Part shown: positions 52,701-62,200 of the stretch, one piece after another
Layout of the letters: every line of letters starts with the position of its first letter
Position numbering within the stretch: position 1 is the first letter of the stretch
From: Podarcis cretensis
Lineage: Eukaryota
Direction: 5' to 3'
DNA: 64,000 bases
Assembly: GCA_951804945.1 (NCBI GenBank)
Contig: OX638152.1
Location: 67,332,001-67,396,000 of the forward strand
Notes under the pieces: model-generated
What the model was told of the DNA's origin: nothing
Databases searched by the model: none
What the model saw: the letters and a program-made list of their open reading frames with translations, nothing else
Position numbers and translations under genes: made by a program

Positions 52701-53562
52701 CAGGGAAGGGAAGACTTCCCAGGGTGAGAGCTGGGAGGGTCCACCACTTTCTGTGTGAGACAAGGGTTAAGAGCTACCTTCAAGAGAGGACTCTGCGTTT
52801 TATCTTCTCTGTCTCTGGTTTTGTTTGTGTTTAGAATAGTTTCTTTTCTCTTATTACATTATGAAAAAGTTTTAATAAAATTTTATTTCAAAAAAGAAAG
52901 AAAGAAATTAATTCTGGTGAAGATATCCTCCTTGTAGTGTAAGAGGAGGAGTGAGATGAGTGCTATGTTCATACACATAGCACTAAACCATGGTTTAGTG
53001 CACAATCATCAATGCATATCATCAATGTGTTAGTCAAGCCAAGCACATCTTTTATGCTGGTGTTAATTCTGCTAAGCTGGTTCCTTCAGCTCTGTCATTT
53101 AGATGCAATTTAGAGCCCATCTTTTCCCAGAATTGTACCTCAAAATAGACATTGGTTAAAATGCCATTTTAATCCACAGATTATTATTTTTTTAAAAAAC
53201 CCCACAAATACTAAAGCTTCACCTGCTTGAAAACAGTCAGGCAGCAGAGTCTCTGGCAAGGTGTCCGGCAAAAGATAACCATTTTTCCGAGCAACAACAA
53301 GGTGAAAGGCGGCACAAAACTCTGGTAATGTCAGTGCTCCATCACAGTCTACATCACTTAGCTCCCTGTGAATAAGATAGCTGAGTGCATTATTGAAATA
53401 AAAATCTTTGTTTGCATGCACAATATATATAATTGTGGGGAACACTGTTTTTGAGTTATATATTTGTTTTATTTTGACATTTAAGATGTTTTTCTTTAAA
53501 ATTTATTTCATTAAACCATTGTAATTTTTCTTTAATACATTCCTTTTCTGAATATTTTAATG

Positions 53563-53601
<39 letters not shown>

Positions 53602-54954
53602 GCCAATGCTCCTCCTTACAAGTTTAGAAATTTAATAGGATTCATATAAAACTGAAGTTGCAATGGGCCATATGCAATGTCAGCTAGATAGATTTCTTTA
53701 AAAAAAACAACAGGGTAAGGCCTCATTAGTAAAGTGTTGATGAATTATGCAGCAGTACTTTTTAGATAAGTTAGGTATTAATTAGGTTTCAACTGATAAG
53801 CACAGCTAGAACTGAAGCTTATGATGTTATCTTAACTATTCTGAATGTATGTTTATCTGAATCTATTTCACAAAAATATCTGTTGAATTATTGTGCTAAT
53901 TATGTTCTTTAAGATATTCTTCTAGTGTGCATTGCTGTTCAAATCTCTCTAGTCCTGCTGAGAAGGGACAGTATCTCTACAAAGATAACAAGCATAAAAT
54001 AAAGATCAACATACACCCTGCTGTGCCTGGACCTCAAAGTGATTTTGATGGGGGCAATTACTGTGATTTCTTTAGAGATAAATTGTAAGAAGTATGAAGA
54101 ACTTTCAGCCACAGTAGTTTCTCTCACACACAATAAAATTAATCTGAATTACAAAACAGTACTTACCATATGTGCGAAAGCTCAGGGATTGGCAGCTTAG
54201 ATTTTGTGAAGAAGTTCTTAGCCACAGAGCCTGTCAACAGAAATGGCTTGTCAAACAGTGAAATAATAAGCTACTGAACAACACATTTTCCAAAGCATTT
54301 CAATATAAAGAAATTACTCAAGAGTACTGTTTACTATGCAATGCTATTTAACACTAGACATGTTTGTTTGAAATATTTTGCTCCAATATCACTATTCTAA
54401 TCAGAAGACATGAACATGTTGTTGGAGGAACTGGACATGGAGGAAGGGGTTAATTTCTTTTATAGGCGCAGATCACTTCATGTATGAGATAAAGCCAACA
54501 TGAGAAATCTCATCTGCATGTGTGACTGGGGTTGCTTTTTTAGGTTTGTAAAATCCTGTTAAGTTTAAATTCTGGCCAAGGGTGAGAGGCATAATACAGT
54601 TTCAAATCTTCTGGAATATTCCAGAAATGCAACAACATGCCTAAAGAAAATCTCTTGGAATGGGACTAATCTTTAAAATTAATAGCACAGCACAAAAGCT
54701 CAGCTTCTTATTCAGCTGATATTTTTTGCTCTAAATTGAACTAAATTGCTCAGAATTGGGAGTGCTCAAACCACAATTTCCTAGTTCCAGCATCACAACG
54801 AACTGATTTTTTTTAAAAACAGGAAATATGCAATAAAATCAGGTGTGTGAAGTAGGGATGGAAAGGGAAACCCCTCAAGGGTGGGTTGTTGGAATGAAAA
54901 TGCAATGTCTGAAACACATGCAAGGAGGGGAGGACAGGACGGAGACATGCACAT

Positions 54955-55022
<68 letters not shown>

Positions 55023-58000
55023 TGCTGTTACTACTTGCTCATCCCTCAAGTTGCAACTTGTTTTTCTTGCCAGAAAAAAAGAAGACAAGACATAATTGTC
55101 TACTTCAGAGACAGCTTCGGAAATGGCCTAGAGATGCATGGTCACTATATTACTGTTTTCATGCAAGGAGATAAACTCCCTGAAGAAATTACAAGTTTAA
55201 TGTGATGTGTAAAGTCCCAACTGAGTATTTTTTTTTAATCACAACTACATTTATAAGACATAATTAAAATGCAAGTTAGTCTAATAAGGCTACAATAGTG
55301 AATAATTTTAAACTCTTATTAAATAAAAACATACAAGGAGTAAAAAACCAAATGGCAATTGTACCATAACATATCTCATGTGAAAACATTCTTCACCTAT
55401 GATTGAATCTCTTCTACTGAACGCAGTGGAATTTATAGCATTTAACTTTGTCTGGAACATGCACAGTATATTGTTAAAATATTTTTTTAAAAACAAACAA
55501 GAACACAGTAACTCACTTGTGACATTAAAAAACGGAAATAAGGGTCTATGCGCGTTACCATACATACAACACACCCAAAACACTTATAAAAAAATCCAAG
55601 AGGCTTGCACTTAGCCTGTGTCAGTTCCTTGCCCTTTTACTCTAGCCTTCCTTGCTGTGTATACAATGAACATTACCTGAAATGAAAGAGGTCAGGTCAG
55701 GTTGTAGGGACTTGAACTGATTGGTGTAATATTCTCGTTGCTCCTCAGTTATTCTCCAGGGGTCATCTGAGTAATTACTACTGCCGTCCTGTGGTTCTCT
55801 CTCTACTGAAAGAGACTTCAGGGGGAGAAAGGGCAAAGCATCATTTTGAAAGGTAGAGAAAATGCTGAGATGTCAGAAGTTTCAAAGTATTGAAGTTGCT
55901 TTGTTCTTACTGTGTAGTTCTTTTTAAAAGAAATGGATGGGGGAGGCCTGATTTCAATAACAGTCCTGTTGGGTTTACAATAAATGCCTTTATTCATAGG
56001 ACTATAGGAAATCTTACATACATCAAACTAAATCTGTATGAATATAAACATTGGACTGACTCGAATGAAACACCAAACAATGGTTCAGTATTATGAGAAT
56101 TAGCCTAGTTGTGCCTTGGATTCATGTGGTTCTGCCCTCTTCATTCAGCACAATCATAAGGAGACTGGATGCTTTTGCTTCCATTTTTGATTAGGAACAG
56201 CTTGCCTTGAACCCAAGAAACTGTGATTAATCATAAGTATGGTTGTTGAAATCAGACTTCTTCAAACTCATTAAATTCTAGTCCCATCAATACAATATGA
56301 AACTCAATCCATATATGGATTTCAATGCTGTATTTCATTAGTAAGAAGTCCTCACTTTACCTTTGATACATTGAAGTCACACATAAAAAACAGAATCTAG
56401 AGTTCACACATTTCATTGTGAGTTTGTTTCAACTGAGCCCCTTCTCTACCTTAAATACTTTCTAGGAGTCAAATTATTCTTTTCCCACAGGGAAAAAATG
56501 GCGCTGCCCATTATATTATAATATTGTGTATCCATTTGACTGATTTTATCATACGCTGCATGTGCCTTGAGAAAGGCAGCTAACAGGATGGCGAAACAAA
56601 GTACTGAAAGTTTAGTTTTACATCCATATTAGCCTGTGGTAGTTTTCTAGTGAATACCACAGTTTGAGCTATAGGGTAGATCTGTTTGTGGCGACATTCA
56701 AGATTATTTCAAACATTATTGATCATAAAATCATGTTGATTCTCAATAATTATTTCAAGCAACATTGCTGTTTTCATTTTAAACATCTTACATCCTAAGT
56801 AGTTCATTACCCGAATGAGAGATGAATGTGGTGGAACTGATTTAGACCCATAATTCCCTGCAGTTGGTCCATCTTGTTGGACAGCAGTATGTCTAACTTC
56901 GTATGAACCTATGGAAGATTAAGGGGAAAATAAAAACTGAATACTTGCTCTGAATACTTGCTAATGTTGTGCAAAATCAAAGATGACAAAACATATATCA
57001 TCCTTCGGTCTCAAAAAAATAAAATAAAAACACAATCACACCTCCTATGAAAGGTCACTTTATCACCCAAATCCTTCACTTATGTTAAAGCCTGATTCTC
57101 AAAATGCTACTGCTCATGCTGTTGACTACTGACCAAATACTCACTTAACGTGTTGAAAGGTGATTTTTTTAATCCACACTAAAAGCATAACATCTGACTT
57201 TTTGCCTAAGTATCCTATTGCAAAGAAGGAAGCAAGTGCTCTTTCATGAGACATGCTAACATCAAGAAAAACATAAATTAACAAGGATTCATTGATGGCA
57301 GCATAAGAGTTTGATTCAAAACAACTAAATTCAGTGTTAGCCAAGAGTAAACACTGGTATTTGCCAACTAGGGAGAACTACACACCATTTTGGAGGCATC
57401 TTTCACTGAAACCACTAAAGCTTGCATCCAAATATTGATTCTGAACATTCAACAGTCTGTTATGTCTTATGCAAGTAAAGAATGAGACCTAGAATTTAAA
57501 CGGAACTGTAGTTCATTAAATAACTTAAAACTGGAAACCTCTTGAATGGAATGGGCCCTTCAAGAGGAACAGGGCATTGAAAAGAATAGAAGTTCTGCTC
57601 ATGGAAGGGGACTCTGGCTGATTTTCAGCCATTTCTGCTTTCCTCTCCACCCCACAGCCCAGAAAAGGTTTTGTAGTGGCTGAGATGCTGCTGGGGAGGG
57701 GATGTAGGGTTGTTACCTGCTGCCCATTCTTCAGGATCTGGATCCACCTTCCAGCCACTTATCTGGATTCTAGCTTGAATTCTACCAAGCTTTATCAAGA
57801 CACCAACAAAAATAGGCAGAACAACTGGTGTGCATGTATGCAGAATCCATGACAGAGCAAGTGTCACATCTAATGCTGTGCCAGCCGGCTGAGGCCAAGT
57901 TACGAGGTGTGTGTGATGTGCCTCCGCACTTCTATTTCTTCTTCTTTTTTTAAAAAAAATCCGCATTCCACTGGAAGGCCATTACTACACCCGTAGTACT

Positions 58001-60879
58001 ACATTACTACACTACTACACTACATAGACTGCACTCAGTGGTGAAGTTGTTCTCAATTCTATCCACCATAAGTTTTAAATGGGTTGATTTACTAAAGTAT
58101 ATAAAGAAACTGGCACATCCTTCCTCCCAATCCCTCCTCCTCCCTGAGATTTCTCATTACCTGTACTTAGGTAAGTATAAATCCCTTATTCATTTGGATG
58201 TTCACATAGTGTACCGTATCCTATATTTATCTTAACAGATTTACCCAAAGTTGTCCATGTGTTGCCAGCAGGACATTCATTATTTAACTTTTGAATAAAT
58301 TCAATAAAGTACTGCTTTTGTTCAACAAAATCTATGGCTACAATAACCCCCACCACACCCTACATTGAAAAAGGTTGAGAATATAAATCTGTAAACAGAT
58401 GCTTGTTCTAATTTAAACTGATTCTCAGGAAGAGGAAGACAAGACCGAATAATGAGAAAGCACACAAATCAAGTCAGTTTCTTTTAAAAGAGATGTAATT
58501 AATTTATGAAATTGTTGGGCTGCTTCCGTGCTTTTATGATTTGATTACTCCAAAGCAGACCTCATCTTACCTCCATGCTGCTGCTCAAGCCCACTTCTCA
58601 GGACACCATACCCATAACTCAAGGGAATCCTCTGGTAGGTTGATGGAGAAGCAGGAGGTGAATCAATGGGAGACATAGGGGGAGACTTTGCTTCTTGCTT
58701 CAAAATAATTTTTTAGAAAAGAATAAGGACTTTGAATGCTGGCTGTTCCATAGTCAAAGTGATTTCATCTAACCACAGTAGAATATTAAATTGTAAAAAT
58801 AAATAAATATGCCCACATAAATCCTCCTCTGCAATTTTTGATATTGCTGAACACTCAAAATTTCATGTCAATATCTGAGATTCATTGTTACATGATTTCA
58901 TGATCTGATATTTGACAGATGACCTACAACAGTATGATCATATCTGACTGTACTTGACACTTGACATGGAACAGTATTTATTACCTGATATGACTTGATA
59001 GCCAATAGGGCCTATCTATCAAGTGAAAAACTACTGACTATCAAAGAATGTCAGTTTCAAGCAGAGATAAAACTTTGAAATCATTAGTTTTTTAATTTGA
59101 AATTTGAGTGTATTGGACAGTCTCCTGTTTGGTTTTTGTTATCATATGAAATAAATTAACAAATACCACATAGGAGACTTTCTGAAGTACTTGTTTAAAA
59201 TTTAAAATCTAAATTTTGATGATTTCAAAGTCTTCTTTCTTGTCTGTCTGAAATTGGCACATCACATATTCACTCTTGCCCAGTTCATAGTTCAAGAAAG
59301 CACAGGGATGACCATTAGCAAAATTAATGTGTTGAAAGACCTCAGCGTGGAAAGGTGTTGATACAGCTAGCCTACTTTTTATTTTTTATAAAAAAACCAA
59401 TGGCCTGCTTTTTATCCATTAAAGGAGCTGGCAAAAATGGGATCAAGTGCTCTGTTCTGACTTCCCTTAGCCCTCATATGAGTAAGATATAAAAGGGGGT
59501 CGGGGGCGGAATACAGGGCAAGTAGTAACTTTCAATGGCAAATTTGCTAGGTGGCTACAGCTTTTGTGTCACTGTATTCCACTGGCCTTATAAGCAATTG
59601 GCAAAACACATACATTGGACCTGGAAGAAAAGTCTGTAGCATTGACATTCCATAGAATAAATTGTATTCCTTTCTAATGGCTGAGCAATTTCACTTTTTC
59701 GTCTCCATTAACACATCTGGACCATTAAATACTATCTGCAGTTCAAAGAGGCAGCAATCAATTGTAAAAGCCAAATAATCATGCTGATAAATAATAGTGT
59801 ACTTTAATGAGAAATCTCAACAGTCAGTGTGTATAGAAAATAAAAATAATCTAGTGCCTTATAGTTAGTTGTGCACCAAAATTTCTACTTTGCAAAGGGC
59901 CTTTACCTGCTTTTCTCCTCCATCCAATCTTCTGAAGCAATTTTTTTCAAGTGTTGCATGTGGAATTTGAAATTTAGTTCCATGAGCTTCTGCTGGATGA
60001 CTGTACCTTACATCACTATCAGTTTTCAGTGCCATAAATCGAGGCAAGGGCAATTCTTAAATAAATATCAGAAATAAAGACAAAATAAAATTTCATGGAA
60101 CTATGTATATTGAAACAAAGCTCCCCACCACAAAGTCAATTTAACACTAAGCAGTGTTAAAAGAGAACAGAATTCCTATCCAAAAGTATACTCAGCCTCA
60201 TTGACTGACCAGGAAACGTCTCTCACAATATAAGAATTTCTAATGGAGTACTTGTACATGATATATAAAAATGAAATTTGGTATACATGGCGATTCAGTG
60301 AGTAGAAAAGTGCAAAAGAGTGGACATTTTTGCATTTAGCAACTTAACGGAGGATTTCATGTTTGCCTAGAGACTGGTTTGTGGAGTACTACAACCCTTG
60401 TTGCCATGAAAAGGATTCTCCCTAGTAAGTGTGAGTAAATATGCATAGGGCTGCACTGTTAATCATGAAGTTAATCTATCTAGTGCAGGTATAACTCTCA
60501 GCAAGGTTAATGAAAACTATTGTTTGCAATCCTTTTCAAAGCATGGCTTTACAGCTGGGATAATAGTCCATATTTAAGCATAGTCTAGATATATGAGCAT
60601 AACACTTAACAGTGGTTAAGTATAGGAGAACAGCTTTAAAATCATGTAGCATTTTCCCATTCATTATACAATACATCCTACACATTCACTGAATTTACAC
60701 ATTTTGTAATTTATAGTTACCATCTCAAATGGGGTTTTGGAATAAACACCAAGGAAGACAACTAGGGTTTGTAGTTCAGGGAAGTTTTTAATGTGTGACA
60801 TCTTAGTGTATTTTTTGTCTTTGTGAAAGCCGCCCAGAGTGGCTGGGGAAACCCAGCCAGATGGGTGGGGTACAAATAA

Positions 60880-60934
<55 letters not shown>

Positions 60935-61070
60935 GAAAACAGTTACCATTCTGAATGCTTTCGATCCGTACTGGGAGGCCAGACTGCGCAGCAGCGATTA
61001 GCTTCAGAGCAGCATAAAACTGAGCACGCCCAAAATAGCCAACACGTTTAGCACCACACAATTCTGTAAT
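14174..61070 (-). CDS. REPS2: REPS2 (RALBP1-associated Eps domain-containing protein 2, POB1), spliced CDS, exons 2-18; 5'-partial (exon 1 outside window)
   Basis: 17 exons join in frame via GT-AG junctions (1728 nt). Translation has the N-terminal EH fragment ([31 protein letters not shown]), central EH domain ([12 protein letters not shown]...[30 protein letters not shown]), [43 protein letters not shown] and the C-terminal coiled coil ending [11 protein letters not shown], which matches REPS2 rather than REPS1. Confidence 0.97.
15318..15434 (-). mobile_element. RTE-BovB LINE, 5'-truncated 3' end
   Basis: ttagtcgtttagtcgtatccgactcttcgtgactccatggaccagagcacgccaggc with (CAA)n tail on minus strand; 13-bp TSD tatttaacagtgt at 15305-15317 and 15435-15447. 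Confidence 0.9.
15518..15623 (-). CDS. REPS2: REPS2 exon 17 (106 nt; RALBP1-binding coiled coil)
   Basis: tggcag|GCAGT...CTGAAG|gtaagg; [35 protein letters not shown]. Confidence 0.96.
15858..16009 (-). mobile_element. tRNA-Ile-derived SINE with CR1 3' tail
   Basis: Minus strand: cctggatagccagttggttacagtacggtgctgataacgtcaaggttgcgggttcgatccccgtatgg (tRNA-Ile-like) + ...gatgatcctcagggtcccttccaactctacaattc (CR1 terminus). Confidence 0.8.
16352..16582 (-). mobile_element. CR1 LINE 3' fragments
   Basis: Encodes CR1 ORF2 C-terminus [35 protein letters not shown]; abuts a second CR1-type 3' end (aagaagagccctgttggatcag). Confidence 0.85.
18164..18309 (-). CDS. REPS2: REPS2 exon 16 (146 nt; PPSKPIRR motif)
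   Basis: ccacag|GAGGTG...CCAAA|gtaaaa; [48 protein letters not shown](K). Confidence 0.96.
20573..20656 (-). CDS. REPS2: REPS2 exon 15 (84 nt)
   Basis: gttacag|ATGGAA...AAAAAG|gtaagg; [28 protein letters not shown]. Confidence 0.92.
21857..22096. mobile_element. Tc1/mariner (Tigger-like) MITE
   Basis: TIRs cagtggaac.tc / ga.gttccactg flanked by TA on both sides. Confidence 0.85.
23720..24030 (-). mobile_element. RTE-clade LINE 3' fragment (frameshifted)
   Basis: [23 protein letters not shown] and [23 protein letters not shown] match the RTE ORF C-terminus (WE.LA.DR..WR; C2H2-like motif). Confidence 0.8.
24150..24450 (+). mobile_element. L2 LINE 3' end fragment
   Basis: cttttaaatgcctgctgaaaacttctctattctgccagg..., T-rich 3'UTR, tgtaaactgc...ggcagtttataaat terminus. 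Confidence 0.55.
24555..24885 (-). mobile_element. CR1 LINE 3' fragment
   Basis: ataagaagaaccctactg...cagtggccaaccagg...tgtctaatttccttcc...ggcagcaaatcccataatttaactatgtg.tgtgaataagtac. Confidence 0.65.
25633..26090. mobile_element. Older palindromic MITE interrupted by a younger hAT MITE
   Basis: Left end gggcagctcaacactgtacatttaaagc pairs with right end ...ttaaatgtctagtg[insert]tgaatctgccc. Confidence 0.55.
25819..26071. mobile_element. hAT (Charlie-like) MITE
   Basis: TIRs caggggtcggcaacct / aggtttcctaaccctg; 8-bp TSD gtctagtg/gcctagtg. Confidence 0.85.
29812..29863. repeat. (TTTC)n microsatellite
   Basis: About 12 tandem tttc units; an (AC)n tract follows at ~29983-30009. Confidence 0.95.
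32647..32724 (-). CDS. REPS2: Candidate additional REPS2 exon (78 nt, phase 0-0) between exons 14 and 15
   Basis: tttgtcctgtgctgcag|GTTTCT...GAACAG|gtacac; open in the required frame: [26 protein letters not shown]. Confidence 0.6.
33733..33794 (-). CDS. REPS2: REPS2 exon 14 (62 nt; SH3-ligand motif)
   Basis: ctgcag|TTCGG...ACACAG|gtacgt; (V)[20 protein letters not shown]. Confidence 0.95.
35371..35460. repeat. Minisatellite, 3 x ~30 bp
   Basis: actagaattttaaatgttgaaacaacaaac repeated three times with few changes. Confidence 0.9.
35500..35725 (-). mobile_element. L2 LINE 3' end fragment
   Basis: attcattcatttcatataccaccc...ctcaaggcagttcacagc...aaggcctggttgaagaggaag: antisense L2 tail; a related tail lies at ~46148-46275. 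Confidence 0.6.
35797..36037. mobile_element. Tc1/mariner MITE, same family as 8928-9153, opposite orientation
   Basis: TIRs cagtggcacctc / gaggtaccactg, TA TSDs; shared interior gaggccccattagc.aaag and ttaagaacagtttcaggttaagaac. Confidence 0.9.
37965..38070. mobile_element. hAT MITE fragment (family of 6652-6776; related copies ~3050-3105, ~51540-51640, ~52225-52355)
   Basis: ccagatgttgctgaactacaactcccatcatccctg...gggactgatgggagt core. Confidence 0.65.
38645..38686. repeat. (TA)n microsatellite
   Basis: About 20 TA units. Confidence 0.95.
39311..39670 (+). mobile_element. Sauria SINE (Squam1), full length, young
   Basis: GGGACGCAGGTGGCGCTGTGGG (A box), GGTTCGAATCC (B box, 39379-39389), BovB-related 3' part, (ACCTTT)n tail; 12-bp TSD tactgtattaga at 39299-39310 and 39671-39682. 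Confidence 0.95.
40682..41062 (-). mobile_element. L2 LINE 3' end with (TAA)n tail
   Basis: Encodes LVLTFKALN...[15 protein letters not shown]...[15 protein letters not shown] (L2 ORF2 C-terminus); microsatellite tail 40682-40730. Confidence 0.88.
41066..41592 (+). mobile_element. L1/Tx1-clade LINE 3' fragment
   Basis: [19 protein letters not shown]...KKPEMFLL...[10 protein letters not shown] / [16 protein letters not shown]...[10 protein letters not shown]: squamate L1-type ORF2 C-terminus with a frameshift. Confidence 0.82.
41597..41751. mobile_element. Tc1/mariner (pogo/Tc2-like) MITE
   Basis: TIRs ccgtatctttccgtctataaga / tcttatacacagaaaaatatgg with TA flanks. Confidence 0.78.
43199..43301 (-). 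mobile_element. tRNA-Lys-derived SINE with CR1 3' tail (lacertid-type)
   Basis: Minus strand ggataactcagccagtagagcatgagactctcagggttgtgggtttgagccccatgttgggtg (tRNA-Lys-CTT-like, anticodon loop partly deleted) + tccttcatttcagggggttggactaaatgatcc (CR1 tail). Confidence 0.78.
44203..44753 (+). mobile_element. Probable solo LTR (Gypsy-like)
   Basis: ~550 bp GC-richer block with a purine-rich first half, pyrimidine-rich second half and terminal ...ggcaggaca; no internal ORF; TSD not resolved. Confidence 0.45.
45057..45193 (-). CDS. REPS2: REPS2 exon 13 (137 nt; proline-rich motif and RASSLD site)
   Basis: cccaag|ATCTT...CAAG|gtaaag; [45 protein letters not shown]. Confidence 0.96.
46807..46921 (+). 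mobile_element. Sauria SINE, 5'-truncated
   Basis: tggccacatgacctggaag...gcgagatgag...ggtcaggggtccctttacct; 12-bp TSD taaatctgagtt (46795-46806, 46922-46933). Confidence 0.9.
47026..47079 (-). CDS. REPS2: Candidate cassette REPS2 exon (54 nt, phase 2-2) between exons 12 and 13
   Basis: ttcctgttag|AAAACG...TACAG|gtaggg; (R)[17 protein letters not shown](R); frame-preserving, no stop. Confidence 0.45.
47446..47488 (-). CDS. REPS2: REPS2 exon 12 (43 nt)
   Basis: gttacag|TTGCT...TCCAG|gtaagc; (V)[13 protein letters not shown](R). Confidence 0.93.
49188..49262 (-). CDS. REPS2: REPS2 exon 11 (75 nt)
   Basis: tttttactaaag|GTCTG...ACAG|gtatgg; (G)[24 protein letters not shown]; symmetric phase 1->1. 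Confidence 0.8.
49956..50025 (-). CDS. REPS2: REPS2 exon 10 (70 nt)
   Basis: tataag|GAGACT...CAAG|gtacaa; [23 protein letters not shown]; phase 0->1. Confidence 0.88.
51908..51999 (-). CDS. REPS2: REPS2 exon 9 (92 nt)
   Basis: atttag|CTCCT...ACTGAA|gtaaga; (A)[30 protein letters not shown]. Confidence 0.92.
53223..53365 (-). CDS. REPS2: REPS2 exon 8 (143 nt; EH domain EF-hand)
   Basis: tcacag|GGAGC...GCAG|gtgaag; [47 protein letters not shown]. Confidence 0.96.
54167..54230 (-). CDS. REPS2: REPS2 exon 7 (64 nt; EH domain)
   Basis: tgacag|GCTCT...ATATG|gtaagt; (G)[20 protein letters not shown](W). Confidence 0.96.
54964..55022. repeat. Compound (AG)n-(AGAC)n microsatellite
   Basis: Seen directly. 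Confidence 0.95.
55677..55815 (-). CDS. REPS2: REPS2 exon 6 (139 nt; start of central EH domain)
   Basis: ctgaag|TCTCTT...TCAG|gtaatg; [46 protein letters not shown]. Confidence 0.96.
56811..56908 (-). CDS. REPS2: REPS2 exon 5 (98 nt)
   Basis: ccatag|GTTCA...ATTCGG|gtaatg; (G)[32 protein letters not shown]; phases 1->0 fit neighbours. Confidence 0.92.
58571..58697 (-). CDS. REPS2: REPS2 exon 4 (127 nt)
   Basis: tttgaag|CAAGAA...GGAG|gtaaga; [42 protein letters not shown]. Confidence 0.93.
59907..60055 (-). CDS. REPS2: REPS2 exon 3 (149 nt)
   Basis: tttaag|AATTG...AAGCAG|gtaaag; (E)[49 protein letters not shown]. Confidence 0.95.
60770..60934 (+). mobile_element. L2 LINE 3' terminus with (TTA)n tail
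   Basis: tgtgaaagccgcccagagtggctggggaaacccagccagatggg...aaataaa(tta)n; stem-loop TGGCTGGG-GAAA-CCCAGCCA. Confidence 0.85.
60947..61070 (-). CDS. REPS2: REPS2 exon 2 (124 nt; N-terminal EH domain part)
   Basis: tttcag|ATTACA...AATG|gtaact; [41 protein letters not shown]. Confidence 0.96.
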
Positions 61071-61674
61071 CTGAAAGGAGAGAAAGGGGTGAAGGGTGAT
61101 GGGAGACAGAGTTCAAATAATTAAAACACTTAATGCTTTCAATGTAAAAATTAGTTAGAGATGAAACTGTAAAGATGCAAACTACTGAAGAAAAGCTGGA
61201 ATTGTGTTTGCAAAGAAACAAACTTCTGGTGCAGGCATCTGACCTACATTTGACACCCCAAAAGGCTAACATTCCATTGCAGAGGCAGTTTCCCCATATC
61301 CTCCCATTCACCCATTACAAATATACCTTCCCTGACTAGAGACTGTGCTACACATAATCTATCTTCACACAACTTGGCTCTTTTGCCCATCGTTAGGGGG
61401 AACAGTAATCCTTGTGTGGAATACCTGAATATTGTATATAACCAGTGGGAAGCATGTAGAAAAGTTTCTTCTTTTTAAGGAAGAAAAACAGATGTTGAGC
61501 TACAGAAATTTCCCTCTCACTCAATTTAGTCAGGAAGACAATGTTTCCTCAAGAACAGGAAAAAATGTTTCATTAGATGATTTCAAAAAAAATACTGTCC
61601 CCCAGTATTAGGAGTCCTTTGACTGTCAAAATAGTGGGTCCAATCGTCAAGAAAGAGGTTTCTGCATGTGCTGT

Positions 61675-62200
61675 TGAGGGAAATGAGGGACAGATGGGGC
61701 TCATCAACCTGGGAAGGTAGCTCATCTAGGAAAAGTAAAACTCTGATGCCACTGCCTTTTGGCTACACTCATTAGTGAGAAAAGCTTCAGGAGTAAACCT
61801 TGAGGTACAACCCATACCTGTTGCCTTGTGCAACATTTTTAGGAAAAGAAAATGCTAAGGAGCAAACCCTGCACAAATCCAGAGTGGAGTCCCTAAGACA
61901 GTTGGATGGTGCCTTGTACGCTTCCTTCCAGCAACTCCTGCGGCCAAGCTGGTGCTAAATGTATTTCTCTGATTTCCTTTGGACAGCATCAGTGAGGCTG
62001 AAGGGGGGTATTGTCACCTGAGCAGCCCAGGACAAACATCCATATACACTGTCCAGGCTTCCACCATGGAGAGATCACTTTGGCGCTGCAAACACAGCAA
62101 AAATTAACATGGGATGCTGTCGAAGCGACTCCTCTTGAAGGAAGGGAACCTTTGGAAACAACCCATTATCTTCTAAAGCAGGGATTGCCAACATGGTGCA
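61675..62200 (+). mobile_element. Probable RTE-type LINE 5' region relic
   Basis: gggaaggtagctcatctaggaaaagtaaaactctga and ggagtaaacc...gagtggagtccctaag motifs resemble RTE 5'UTRs as I recall them; no ORF. Confidence 0.4.
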
